Source: an uncultured Verrucomicrobiae bacterium
GTDB lineage: Bacteria; Verrucomicrobiota; Verrucomicrobiia; Chthoniobacterales; JAATET01
Assembly: GCA_963719495.1 (NCBI GenBank)
Contig: CAVRCI010000002.1
Coordinates: forward strand, 96,001-160,000
DNA: 64,000 nucleotides
Reading direction: 5' to 3'
Shown in pieces: positions 1 to 8,971 of this stretch. The stretch's first letter is position 1, and each line of letters begins with the position of its first letter. Made by a program: the position numbers and the translations under genes. The notes beneath the pieces are model-generated. The model saw only the letters and a program-made list of their open reading frames with translations. It ran no database searches and was not told the DNA's origin.

Positions 1-83
1 AAGTTATAGGAATGAATTATGGGCTTCGATGGTTTGAACAGGAGCCTATCCGGCAGGTTCTCATCGAATAGGAATCCGGTCAT
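1..83 (-). CDS. DUF5615 PIN-like toxin, N-terminal part (runs off window)
   Basis: MTGFLFDENLP motif; ATGA overlap with the DUF433 gene. Confidence 0.75.
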   Translation of the reverse strand, partial: MTGFLFDENLPDRLLFKPSKPIIHSYN

Positions 84-301
84 GCCACCTGTTGAAGCGA
101 GTAGTGATGGCTCAGAAGATTCGACGAAAAATTGAAACAGGCCAAAATGTCATCTTTGGTAAGTCGGGGGTATTCTTCGAGAATCTCCTCTATCGAGTCC
201 CCGGCAGCGAGAAACTCAAGAATCGTTCGCGCTGTAACGCGCGAGCCTTCGATGACTGGTTGTCCGTTGCAGATGTCCGGGTCAATGACGATTTTGCTCA
301 T
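80..301 (-). CDS. DUF433 antitoxin
   Basis: DPDICNGQPVIEGSRV...ILEEYPRLT motif. Confidence 0.9.
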   Translation of the reverse strand: MSKIVIDPDICNGQPVIEGSRVTARTILEFLAAGDSIEEILEEYPRLTKDDILACFNFSSNLLSHHYSLQQVA

Positions 302-345
302 AGATGATAGCGTAGTCGATTCGGTAGTCTTGGCAACGCTTCATG

Positions 346-474
346 GGCTAACGTCAAGCTCAGCCACCCTGAGCGGAGCAACGAACGTCTAGGCGAGGTG
401 TTTGCCGGAAGGGGATCGTTCGGCCAAGGCTTGCCGCTGGTCGGCTAGGGGTTGGCTGCAGCGCCTTGTTCGTC
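346..474 (-). repeat. attC: attC variant specific to non-coding family A
   Basis: Same arms, distinct central region (GCAACGAACGTCTAGG...CCAAGGCTTGCC) found only next to family A cassettes. Confidence 0.9.
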
Positions 475-817
475 GGAAACGGTGACTGCACAATGGAGGA
501 CCAGAGCGTCCGACAGGCTGACGATGATCAAATCCAGCAAGCGGCTTCGTTAGAGCATTCAGTCGAAGAGGCTTCTGTGGTCCAGATTGACTACGCATTA
601 TAAATATATTGCTCGTGACACGAAAAGGGCGGAACGGATTCTGGATGGATCTACTCATGCCGCGTGAGCGCCCCAAGCTTGCATGGCAGGCGAATAATCG
701 TTGGCGTCGAATCGGGAGTGATCAATAGAAAACCAGAATCGTGCTCAATCGTATGCCGAATGGAATCGAACAACTCTGAACCGTTCCTTGATCTCAACCC
801 CAATAAATCAGGCGAAC
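468..817. other. Non-coding cassette family A, copy 1
   Basis: About 350 bp, 11 copies in the window, no convincing sense ORF. Confidence 0.8.
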
Positions 818-937
818 GTCAAGCTCAGCCACCCTGAGCGGGTAATCAAGCCAACCCTGAGGTGAGCTGCCAATAGCGGGACCGAGCAACCCCAGCCAGC
901 GAAGCGGCTAGGGGTTGGCTGCAGCGCCTTGTTAGGT
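811..937 (-). repeat. attC: Representative dominant attC site
   Basis: Minus strand ACCTAAC-AAGGC-GCTGCAGCCAACCCCTAGCC...GCTCAGGGTGGCTGAGC-TTGAC-GTTCGCC, i.e. R''/L''...L'/R' boxes with extrahelical bases. Confidence 0.95.
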
Positions 938-1660
938 CTCATTCGTATTCTTCTGTAGGGCGATTGAATAGCGAGTCACCCGCTCACATAGGAATGGAAT
1001 ATTACGAACGTCCTCGGCGTCCATGAGAAAGTTGCCTTCAGTATTGATTGCCGCTTGAGACATATCGAACTCGAAGGGTCGGCTGGTGATAAAAAATGTG
1101 AATAAAATCCCCGAAATGACAGTCCGGTATGTGTGATGGCCGTCCATCTTGAGCTTATCTGGCGGCAAGATCCAATCCGGTTGATACTCTCCCTCCAATA
1201 GCAGCCCCGTCAAAACAGTAGGATATAGATCTGGTGGCCCGGGGTCTCCAGCGAGAAGCATTAAACGTAGTCGTTCCTGATGTGGGCCAAGCTTTACAGC
1301 GGAGAAGATCTCAAGTGTCGAGATACCCATCCGCCAGATTAGCGACATGAGATATAGCTTGAAGGGAAGATAGTCGATGCCTCCAAGTCGCATATAGTGA
1401 TCGGTCCTCTCTACGAGATAAACCGTGTCGTCAAAAATTACCTTTTTTGCATATCCCTCCCATCTTGAAAATACGCCTTCACAAGTATCACAGAGCAGTT
1501 CTTCTCGAAAGCCTTTCTGTTCAAACTTCTGTTTCTGATTGGGATCTGTCGAGATGACGTAGAATCTGTGCTTATTATCGTATAGTGGCTTATACTGAAA
1601 CTCAGGAATGATGTGAGAATTTCGCAGTGCTGATTCTTGATGGCAAAGTTGGCATCTCAT
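932..1660 (-). CDS. Zn-binding HNH-like endonuclease protein
   Basis: CxxC...SHIIP...LLCxxCE motifs; stop codon inside the attC core. Confidence 0.65.
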   Translation of the reverse strand: MRCQLCHQESALRNSHIIPEFQYKPLYDNKHRFYVISTDPNQKQKFEQKGFREELLCDTCEGVFSRWEGYAKKVIFDDTVYLVERTDHYMRLGGIDYLPFKLYLMSLIWRMGISTLEIFSAVKLGPHQERLRLMLLAGDPGPPDLYPTVLTGLLLEGEYQPDWILPPDKLKMDGHHTYRTVISGILFTFFITSRPFEFDMSQAAINTEGNFLMDAEDVRNIPFLCERVTRYSIALQKNTNET

Positions 1661-1812
1661 AAGACCTAACGTCAAGCTCAGCCACCCTGAGCGGGTGACC
1701 GAGCCAACCCCCAGGTGAGCTGCCGGTAGCGGGTTCGAGCAACCCCAGCCAGCGAAGCGGCTAGGGGTTGGCTGCAGCGCCTTGTTCGGCTGTATTCGAG
1801 ATCGACGTTACT

Positions 1813-2112
1813 TTAACGACTATTTGCTTCTGTGATGCTGTCGGCGATGTCGGCCAACATGAGTGCAGCTTCCTTCACGATCTTTCCGATCACCACGTAG
1901 ATCACGCCGATAAGAATCGAGATAAATAATGTCATGACCCCAGGTAAGAACTGTTGAGTCATCATTCCGATTCCACCGATCAATCCAAATAGGACCACAA
2001 TTCCACCCAGAACATATATGAGTATTGCGATGATACCGATGACAGAGCGAAAGGTTGGATAGGCTGAATCAGATCGGATTGAGGAAATGTAGTTTTGTTT
2101 TTGTGTGTTCAT
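1813..2112 (-). CDS. Small two-TM membrane protein
   Basis: Two hydrophobic segments; fills the cassette. Confidence 0.75.
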   Translation of the reverse strand: MNTQKQNYISSIRSDSAYPTFRSVIGIIAILIYVLGGIVVLFGLIGGIGMMTQQFLPGVMTLFISILIGVIYVVIGKIVKEAALMLADIADSITEANSR

Positions 2113-2368
2113 GTTTTGGTTTTGGGTTTTGGTAAATTTTGTTTTTTGGGCTAGCTTGCCTCAATCTCGGATCTACTCGAAAAATCGAATGACCGGGCTT
2201 TCTCTAATTGGACGGAAATAGATCGAATGGATCAATATGAGCCGAACGTCAAGCTCAGCCACCCTGAACGGGCGGACTGAGGCTACTGGTGATCAACTGC
2301 CGGTAAGAGGTCCGCGCAACCTCTAGGAGCGCAGCGGATAGGGGTTGGCTGCAGCGCCTTGTTAGGCC

Positions 2369-2632
2369 TCATCGATCTGCGTGGACAAGACTCAAAATCT
2401 TCACGTGTCGATCAGGGAAGTCGATCCAGTAATGTATTGCGAATCCCAGCCGAATTGAAATCTCTACCCGGCGGCTTGTGGAATCTGCTTCTGAAAAATC
2501 TGAATAGCTGTCAGGAGATTGTCGGATCGCTTCAAAATGCCGGAACAATTGGTGCCGCTTCTTCTTCGGAAGTGAATCTAGAGTGTGAACGGTCTCTAAA
2601 TCGATTAAGAGTCTGTAGTCCAAAGGAATCAA
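2369..2632 (-). CDS. RelE/ParE-like toxin
   Basis: 87 aa with IHYWID...VKILSLVH C-terminus; coupled to the upstream small gene. Confidence 0.65.
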   Translation of the reverse strand: MIPLDYRLLIDLETVHTLDSLPKKKRHQLFRHFEAIRQSPDSYSDFSEADSTSRRVEISIRLGFAIHYWIDFPDRHVKILSLVHADR

Positions 2633-2823
2633 TCCGCGTAGCGAGCTCTCAAATCGTCGAGTTCAACCCAATTCGAGGTGTCCTTGTCATTGATCTTCGC
2701 AGACAAAACTGCCTTGAACTCCGTGTCGTCCGCGGTCTGTCGTGCGACCATAAATGCGACCAACTCACGTTGCTCTGATTCAGGAAGATGCAGAACAGCA
2801 TCTTTTATTTGATGAAGCGACAT
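2629..2823 (-). CDS. Putative antitoxin (addiction-module type)
   Basis: MSLHQIKDAVLHLPESEQREL; overlaps the toxin start; has its own promoter. Confidence 0.6.
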   Translation of the reverse strand: MSLHQIKDAVLHLPESEQRELVAFMVARQTADDTEFKAVLSAKINDKDTSNWVELDDLRARYAD

Positions 2824-2990
2824 AGTTTGATTCTACGATTACTGCTTGGAAGCGCAATCTCATTTTTTGGCCTAACGTCAAGCTCAGCCACCCTGAGCGG
2901 GCAATCAAGCCAACCCTGAGGTGAGCTGCCAGTAGCGGGTCCGAGCAACCCCAGCCAGCGAAGCGGCTAGGGGTTGGCTGCAGCGCCTTG

Positions 2991-3620
2991 TTAGGCCGTG
3001 TTGCTGTATTTTGAAGCGAGCCGGTTGATGTGATATTCGTCTGTCTCGATTGATCTTTGCAACCTCTTCATTTCTATACGACCGACGATGTATGAAATCT
3101 TTCGCTCGTCGAAGATTGTTGGTCGAAAAGCGCTGATATACGAAATGAGGTCTTTCAATTGAATGACGCTTTCTCCCATCTCAGTTTTTAAAGAGGCAGC
3201 GCCGGAGAATACGACCAGATTCACAAAAGATTCACTGGGGAGCTTGAATAACTGACGAAGAGCCTGGATGTGGCCGTCGTTCTGCGATAAGGGATTCTGA
3301 AATCTTGATTTTTTCCGGTAGATTGTCTGTGTCCACTGCTTCTGATTTGGTCCGCCAAATATCCATCCTTGGTAGTGCTTGGTCTCGATTACAAAGATTG
3401 CTGTATCCGTAATTAGGACATGATCGATTTGTGTCGATCCTTCGCTGGTCGGAAGTGTTATGTTATTAATCAGGTGATACAGGGGCAGATTTGCATCGTG
3501 AATGCAGTTTATCACACGCGATTCACCGACATCCTTGCGAATTTCACGCGTGCGGCGGATTGATATGCCTGCTGCAAATCCAAGGAAAAGTGCTACGCAG
3601 ATCCAGAGTAGTTCTGTCAT
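2991..3620 (-). CDS. NERD nuclease-related domain protein with N-terminal TM
   Basis: GESRV...QIDHVLI...IFVIETKHYQG...NPLSQN motifs. Confidence 0.9.
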   Translation of the reverse strand: MTELLWICVALFLGFAAGISIRRTREIRKDVGESRVINCIHDANLPLYHLINNITLPTSEGSTQIDHVLITDTAIFVIETKHYQGWIFGGPNQKQWTQTIYRKKSRFQNPLSQNDGHIQALRQLFKLPSESFVNLVVFSGAASLKTEMGESVIQLKDLISYISAFRPTIFDERKISYIVGRIEMKRLQRSIETDEYHINRLASKYSNTA

Positions 3621-3912
3621 ATGGGCCTAACGTCAAGCTCAGCCACCCTGAGCGGGCAATCAAGCCAACCCTGATGTGAGCTGCCGATAGAGGGATCGAG
3701 CAACCCCAGCCAGCGAAGCGGCTAGGGGTTGGCTGCAGCGCCTTGTTCGGCTGTATTCGAAGTTAGTAAAGACTTGCTCAATAAGTAGCGCTTCGCGGGT
3801 GCATCGCAAATAAAATGTTCCTGCTCTTCTGTAATGTGGAATCCCATCCCAACGAAAAACGGCATAGCTGTCGTGCTCGATTCGGTGTAGAGAAGTGAAA
3901 TACGCTTGTCAT

Positions 3913-5399
3913 TGTCGGGGCCTGTTCAAAAGTGAACGGAGACTGTTCAAAAGCGGAATGAGAGACTGTTCAAAAGTGGATTGGGGGTTTTGGGGCGTTG
4001 TATTGGGAGACGCGGGAAGCGCCTCGGAGGAGGCCGGAGCGTAGCGGAGGCTGACGGAGAGGCGCTTCCCGCGTGCGCGCCTGCTCCCCGGCCCCAGTGC
4101 CCCAAGGATACCAGCCGTTGGGGTGAAGCGTTTGTGGAACGCGCTGGCTTGCGCGCTCGCCTGGTCGATTATCCCGGATTGAAAAGAAGCAGATTACCCA
4201 CCGTCTCCCGCCAGATTTTGTCCGTCGCACACTTGCAGGTTTCAATGCGGGACTTCTCGATGCCAGCAATGCCGCAAGCCAGTTAGGCATCGGCAAAACC
4301 AGGCTCTATGAACTCCGCACGGCCTACCTCGCAAATCGTAATTCCTACGCCCCGGCTGCCAGCGGGGGCGCTCGTCGCGCCGACTGGCCGCCCGAAGTTG
4401 AACGCTTTCTCCAAGAGTTTCTGCCGCTTCAGAACCCACCCAATTACCAGTTAGTCGCCGACGAACTTGAGCGACTCTGCGGATTCGTTCGGGCGCGCTC
4501 GGTCGTCGAGACCCACGTCAAAGCGCGCTACGCCCATCTGGTGCCCTCGCCGACCCGCAAGCCTCGCGTTTATCGGCGCTTCCGTCGCGCTCGCATCGGC
4601 GAACTTTGGCAGCACGACAGTTCGATCCACCAATGGTGGCCCGCCGCCGCTAAACAGACTTTACTGCTCACCGTCGACGACCATTCGGGCCTGAATCTAG
4701 CAGGTCGCTTCGTGGAATCCGATACCACTTGGAACCATTTCGGACATTTCCGCGAATCCTTCGAGACCTGGGGCCTGCCGCAGATCGTTTACACTGATGG
4801 CCTCAGCCTCTTCGGGCCAAGTTCCAGCGGCGATCACTGCGATCCTAAGAGTGAATTCCAACGCGCCCTCCGCGGACTCGGCGTCGCTCACTTAGTGGCA
4901 CCGACCCCACAAGCTAAGGGTAAGATCGAGCGCCGTTTCGGGACTTTCCAGAGACGGCTCGTCACACTACTCGCCCATGCCAGCGCCAAAACTTGGCCCC
5001 AGGCCGACGAAATTCTTCAGATGGAGATTGCCAGGCAGAACCGTACCGTCAATCGCTCCACCGGCAAGGTCCCGCTCCATCTGTGGGAAGCGCAGTCGCT
5101 TGGCGACAGCGGGCGCATGCGCCCCATCCCGCCTTCCGCGCTCCTAGACTTACACCTCTCAATCCGCTGCTCCCGCCGGGTGAACAATGACCACACCATC
5201 GACTTCGATGGCTCCAACTACGAGATCTCCAACACCCAGCGCAAGAGCGTCACCATCGTCCACCATCCCGGAAGCCGTTTCTGGGTCGTCGAACACCCTC
5301 CCAAAACCGTCTGGCCCCCCATTCTAGGCCACTTCAGCCTCTAAAATCGCTGTTCGCTTTTGAACAGGCGAGAATTCCGCTTTTGAACAGTCGCCGATA
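3913..5399 (+). mobile_element. IS1202-family (IS481-related DDE) insertion sequence
   Basis: Ends TGTCGG.../...CCGATA. Subterminal CTGTTCAAAAG x3 on the left and CTTTTGAACAG x2 on the right. 16-bp direct repeat GAAATACGCTTGTCAT at 3897-3912 and 5400-5415. Confidence 0.88.
4178..5344 (+). CDS. DDE (rve-type) transposase; start uncertain
   Basis: GELWQHDSS, VYTDG and QAKGKIERRFGTFQ motifs. Frame is open from 4127 with an HTH (AASQLGIGKTRLYELR) upstream of the first standard start at 4541. Confidence 0.85.
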   Translation: MEKKQITHRLPPDFVRRTLAGFNAGLLDASNAASQLGIGKTRLYELRTAYLANRNSYAPAASGGARRADWPPEVERFLQEFLPLQNPPNYQLVADELERLCGFVRARSVVETHVKARYAHLVPSPTRKPRVYRRFRRARIGELWQHDSSIHQWWPAAAKQTLLLTVDDHSGLNLAGRFVESDTTWNHFGHFRESFETWGLPQIVYTDGLSLFGPSSSGDHCDPKSEFQRALRGLGVAHLVAPTPQAKGKIERRFGTFQRRLVTLLAHASAKTWPQADEILQMEIARQNRTVNRSTGKVPLHLWEAQSLGDSGRMRPIPPSALLDLHLSIRCSRRVNNDHTIDFDGSNYEISNTQRKSVTIVHHPGSRFWVVEHPPKTVWPPILGHFSL

Positions 5400-5846
5400 G
5401 AAATACGCTTGTCATTTGCTTCATGTTCGATTGCGATGTAAAGCAGCCGCCCAATTCCTTTCCTTGTCCAGCGGTGGTGAACGTAGAAGTAATCAATGTG
5501 GCCATCACGGTCGAGCTCCGCAAAACCGAGTATTGATTGCTGGTGGCGGACAACAAAAGGATTCTTCAGACGAATCCGATCGGCCCACTCATTTATATCT
5601 TTGTTTGATGGCGCCCAACGCTCGCATTGCGCTGGCGTGTAATCACGTCCGTTGACGATGTGAGTCGTGTCATAATATATTTTCCAAAGGATTGCCTCTT
5701 CTCCGGAAACATATCGATTAACGAGGTAAGTTGAATTGCTCATAGTGAAGCCGAACGTCAAGCTCAGCCACCCTGAGCGGGCAATCAAGCCAACCCCGAG
5801 GTGAGCTGCCAGTAGCGGGACCGAGCAACCCCAGCCAGCGAAGCGG

Positions 5847-6431
5847 CTAGGGGTTGGCTGCAGCGCCTTGTTCGGCATCAGTCTGACCAGCAGTCATTGA
5901 ATTTTCGGAGCAAACAATTCTCGTATGAATTGAAGTTATGTATATATTAGCTATCTCAAAAGTTTCCTCAATCCCTTCCCAAAAAGCCAAGTCTAGATTC
6001 TCAATTCTTGGACTCGACTGGAAATAACTCACGCAGATCTCGTTGTGCTTTTGCAATATCGTTCCATGTGCAAAAGCGTTTCTATAGCGAATTACCCTTG
6101 AGAATGTCTTCTCGAATTTATTCCGATCCTGCGGATCCAAAATTCGAAGTTGCTCACAAATCCAAAAGATTGTCTTTCGCTTACTCTCAAACGAAAAGAA
6201 ACTTGAGTGCACAATCTGATCCATGAATACATTGAGCAAATTTGGGTCATTTCTTATAAAGAAGGCGCCAATTATCTCAGCACAATTTTGTTCGATTCCG
6301 AGAGCACTCCGAATTACGAGACTGCCGTTTCGAAAGGCAATTTCGATTTCATCGAGTTGCATCTGCTGTGGAACATTTGCTTCCATCTGCATGATTGCCT
6401 TTGCTTGGAAGGGGAGCGTGATGATCTTCAT
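5847..6431 (-). CDS. Hypothetical protein (HEPN-like RxxxxH motif)
   Basis: 194-aa ORF filling the cassette, contains RNAFAH; stops inside attC. Confidence 0.65.
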   Translation of the reverse strand: MKIITLPFQAKAIMQMEANVPQQMQLDEIEIAFRNGSLVIRSALGIEQNCAEIIGAFFIRNDPNLLNVFMDQIVHSSFFSFESKRKTIFWICEQLRILDPQDRNKFEKTFSRVIRYRNAFAHGTILQKHNEICVSYFQSSPRIENLDLAFWEGIEETFEIANIYITSIHTRIVCSENSMTAGQTDAEQGAAANP

Positions 6432-6573
6432 GGGAACTATAGCCGAACGTCAAGCTCAGCCACCCTGAGCGGGCAATCGAGCCAAACCCCAGGTGAGCTG
6501 CCAATAGCGGGACCGAGCAACCCCAGCCAGCGAAGCGGCTAGGGGTTGGCTGCAGCGCCTTGTTCGGCTGCAT

Positions 6574-6987
6574 TCATGGAAGTTCTACAGTTCGATTGAC
6601 CAAATCCCAATTTGCGACAAGCTTCAGGCGAGCGGTGGTTTGATTCCATTGCATTTCATCTACCATAGATGCCAACTCAATTGGTGCCGTTCCGCAAGAA
6701 AGGCCTTCGCGAGTGAATACAGTCACATATCCAGACTTATCACCCGATGAACCAGGCATCATTGGAACGCTGAATTGCCATGCGGAACAGGTTACGATTG
6801 CGAGAAACTCTCGATTGGGGCTTTGGTTGCGACGGCATTCGATCTGACGGAAGATGGTAAAGTAGCCTAAGAAACCTAATACAAGAACTATGGCGGTTCC
6901 GAGAATGATCAACTTCTGTCTGCGCTTCATGATCCAGCCCGGTCGAAAGGTGGTTTTCTCGTTCAGCAGGTTACTCGGGGTATTCAT
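6574..6987 (-). CDS. Membrane-anchored hypothetical protein (copy 1)
   Basis: N-terminal TM; same gene at 20181-20594. Confidence 0.7.
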   Translation of the reverse strand: MNTPSNLLNEKTTFRPGWIMKRRQKLIILGTAIVLVLGFLGYFTIFRQIECRRNQSPNREFLAIVTCSAWQFSVPMMPGSSGDKSGYVTVFTREGLSCGTAPIELASMVDEMQWNQTTARLKLVANWDLVNRTVELP

Positions 6988-7120
6988 CCACCGGAGGTCG
7001 AGCCGAACGTCAAGCTCAGCCACCCTGAGCGGGCAATCGAGCCAACCCTGAGGTGAACTGCCAGTAGAGGGTCCGCGCAATCCCAGCCGCGAAGCGGCTA
7101 GGGGTTGGCTGCAGCGCCTT

Positions 7121-7500
7121 GTTCGGCTATAACCGCACAAGCTACGAGTGATGTTGCAATCACGCTGCCAACCCCTCCCTGAATTTGACCGTATGCATTT
7201 TATTATTGACCGTTCGAATAAGAGAAATGCCGTAAACTAGATGAAACTGAGCAGCGCGTGGAACGAGAGATGGCTTGAACAGGGCTTGTAGGGTGAGACC
7301 TGAAAATCACCAAAATATTTTCGCTTCGCTTCGCGAAGAAATGCGGATGAAGGGGAGGTGATGAAATGGCGTGGATTTTCTCCAACGTGCCGCAATTACA
7401 GAATCGCTGGGCATCACCATATATTCCGCTCCGTCAAGCAATGTCGGGAGCGATTAGCGAGTTGCTCAGGAAATATCATCCGCCGGAGGCTGAGCCGAAC
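7121..7500. other. Non-coding cassette family F, copy 1
   Basis: Homologous to 24467-24848, no conserved ORF. Confidence 0.65.
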
Positions 7501-7616
7501 GTCAAGCTCAGCCACCCTGAGCGGAGCAACGAACGTCTAGGCAAGGTGTTTGCCGGAAGGGGGATCGGTTGGCCAAGGCTTGCCTCAGACCGGCTAGGGG
7601 TTGGCTGCAGCGCCTT

Positions 7617-7966
7617 GTTCGTCGGAAACGGTGACTGAACAATGGAGGACCCGAGCGTCCGACAGGCTGACGATGACCAAATCCAGCAAGCGGCATCGTT
7701 AGAGCATTCAGTCGGAGGGGCTCCTGTGGTCCAGATTGACTACGCATTATAAATATATTGCTCGTGACACGAGAAGGGCGGAACGGATTCTGGATGGATC
7801 TACTCATGCCGCGTGAGCGCCCCAAGCGTGCATGGCAGGCGAATAACCGTTGGCGTCGAATCGGGAGTGATCAATGGAAAACCAGAATCGTGCTCAATCG
7901 TATGCGGAAGGGAATCGCGCAGCTCTGAACTTTTTCTTGATCTCAACTCCAATAAATCAGGCGAAC
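7617..7966. other. Non-coding cassette family A, copy 2
   Basis: Homologous to 468-817. Confidence 0.8.
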
Positions 7967-8079
7967 GTCAAGCTCAGCCACCCTGAACGGGCGAGCGGAG
8001 GCAACTGGTGATCAGCTGCAGGTAGAGGGTCCGCGCAACCCCAAGAGCGAAGCGGATAGGGGTTGGCTGCAGCGCCTTG

Positions 8080-8394
8080 TTAGGGCTGTATTATGATATA
8101 GCTTCCAGGGTCCGCCGTATCCACCGCTGTGACAATCTTCGGAATGAAGGGCTTGAGAAATGGCCAGCGAATCGTGAAGAGTTCGACAATAGCGATCTTG
8201 CGGTTGGACAAGTTTTGCTGATACCGGAGGTTCTTGTCTCCGAGGACAAAAACATCGAAGCGGGCGTCAATCAGCTTCATCAACTCACCATTTTTAACGC
8301 CGGCCCAACCCTGATGTTGCACCGAAGTAGTGGAATGGTGATCGAGATACTTCAGTAGCGGATGAGGAACATTCTCATCAATGATGACCGTCAT
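8080..8394 (-). CDS. DUF5615 PIN-like toxin
   Basis: IIDENVP...GWAGVKNGEL...DKNL motifs. Confidence 0.85.
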   Translation of the reverse strand: MTVIIDENVPHPLLKYLDHHSTTSVQHQGWAGVKNGELMKLIDARFDVFVLGDKNLRYQQNLSNRKIAIVELFTIRWPFLKPFIPKIVTAVDTADPGSYIIIQP

Positions 8395-8597
8395 GAATCT
8401 GATTGTGCCAGTCGTAGAAGCTCTTCCGCATCCACTTTTTGAACCGAGGGGAAAAAGCTGATGAAGTCATCCAGAGAGTATCCATCAGTCACGTAGTCCA
8501 AAAGCGTCTGAGCTGGAACGCGACTACCTCTGAAAACGATCGTGCCACCCAGAATTTCTGGGTCGGAGTGAACTGGACTGTGATCTAGCGTGATCAT
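8391..8597 (-). CDS. DUF433 antitoxin
   Basis: DPEILGGTIVFRGSRVP motif. Confidence 0.9.
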   Translation of the reverse strand: MITLDHSPVHSDPEILGGTIVFRGSRVPAQTLLDYVTDGYSLDDFISFFPSVQKVDAEELLRLAQSDS

Positions 8598-8776
8598 GGC
8601 TGGAAGTTACTCTAGCTGGGCCTATCTGCAATCTCATATTGCCTCATGCCCTAACGTCAAGCTCAGCCACCCTGAGCGGGTGACCGAGCCAACCCCCAGG
8701 TGAACTGCCAATGGCGGGAACGAGCAACCCCAGCCAGCGAAGCGGCTAGGGGTTGGCTGCAGCGCCTTGTTAGCCC

Positions 8777-8971
8777 TCAGGATTTAATGTATGGGACATT
8801 CACGTCGTCCAACATTGGAAAATGCTTGCGGTTCAGAGTGTCTAGAATGAGATCATGCGAATCGGAAGTTGCGGCAATAATGCAGTCTGCAAGCCCGGTC
8901 CCGTGAGAGGGGCGAAACTGCCGCGAGTAGAGGCCTGCTTCTTCAGCTATCTCGACCGTCACCGGAAGAAC
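8777..8971 (-). pseudogene. vapC: 3' remnant of vapC truncated by ISAs1-like element
   Basis: Matches the 3' half of intact vapC at 16661-17041. Confidence 0.9.

Larger units (their letters stand above)
3722..5743 (-). pseudogene. GNAT acetyltransferase interrupted by IS1202-like element
   Basis: The two halves match the intact copy at 19524-20042. Confidence 0.9.

Noticed and set aside
575..640. Complete sigma70 promoter in family A
   Set aside because: TATAAT is conserved, but the best -35 (TTGTCA in some copies) is only 13 nt away, so it is reported as a hypothesis and not as a feature.
389..676. Minus-strand MGRSRGMSRS... ORF of family A as a gene
   Set aside because: Start, length and stop vary among copies, it runs deep into attC, and it is Arg/Pro/Ser-rich without domain features. 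Not fully excluded.
1789..1800. CTGTAT trailer as a LexA SOS box
   Set aside because: Only a half-site; no matching ACAG at the required spacing.
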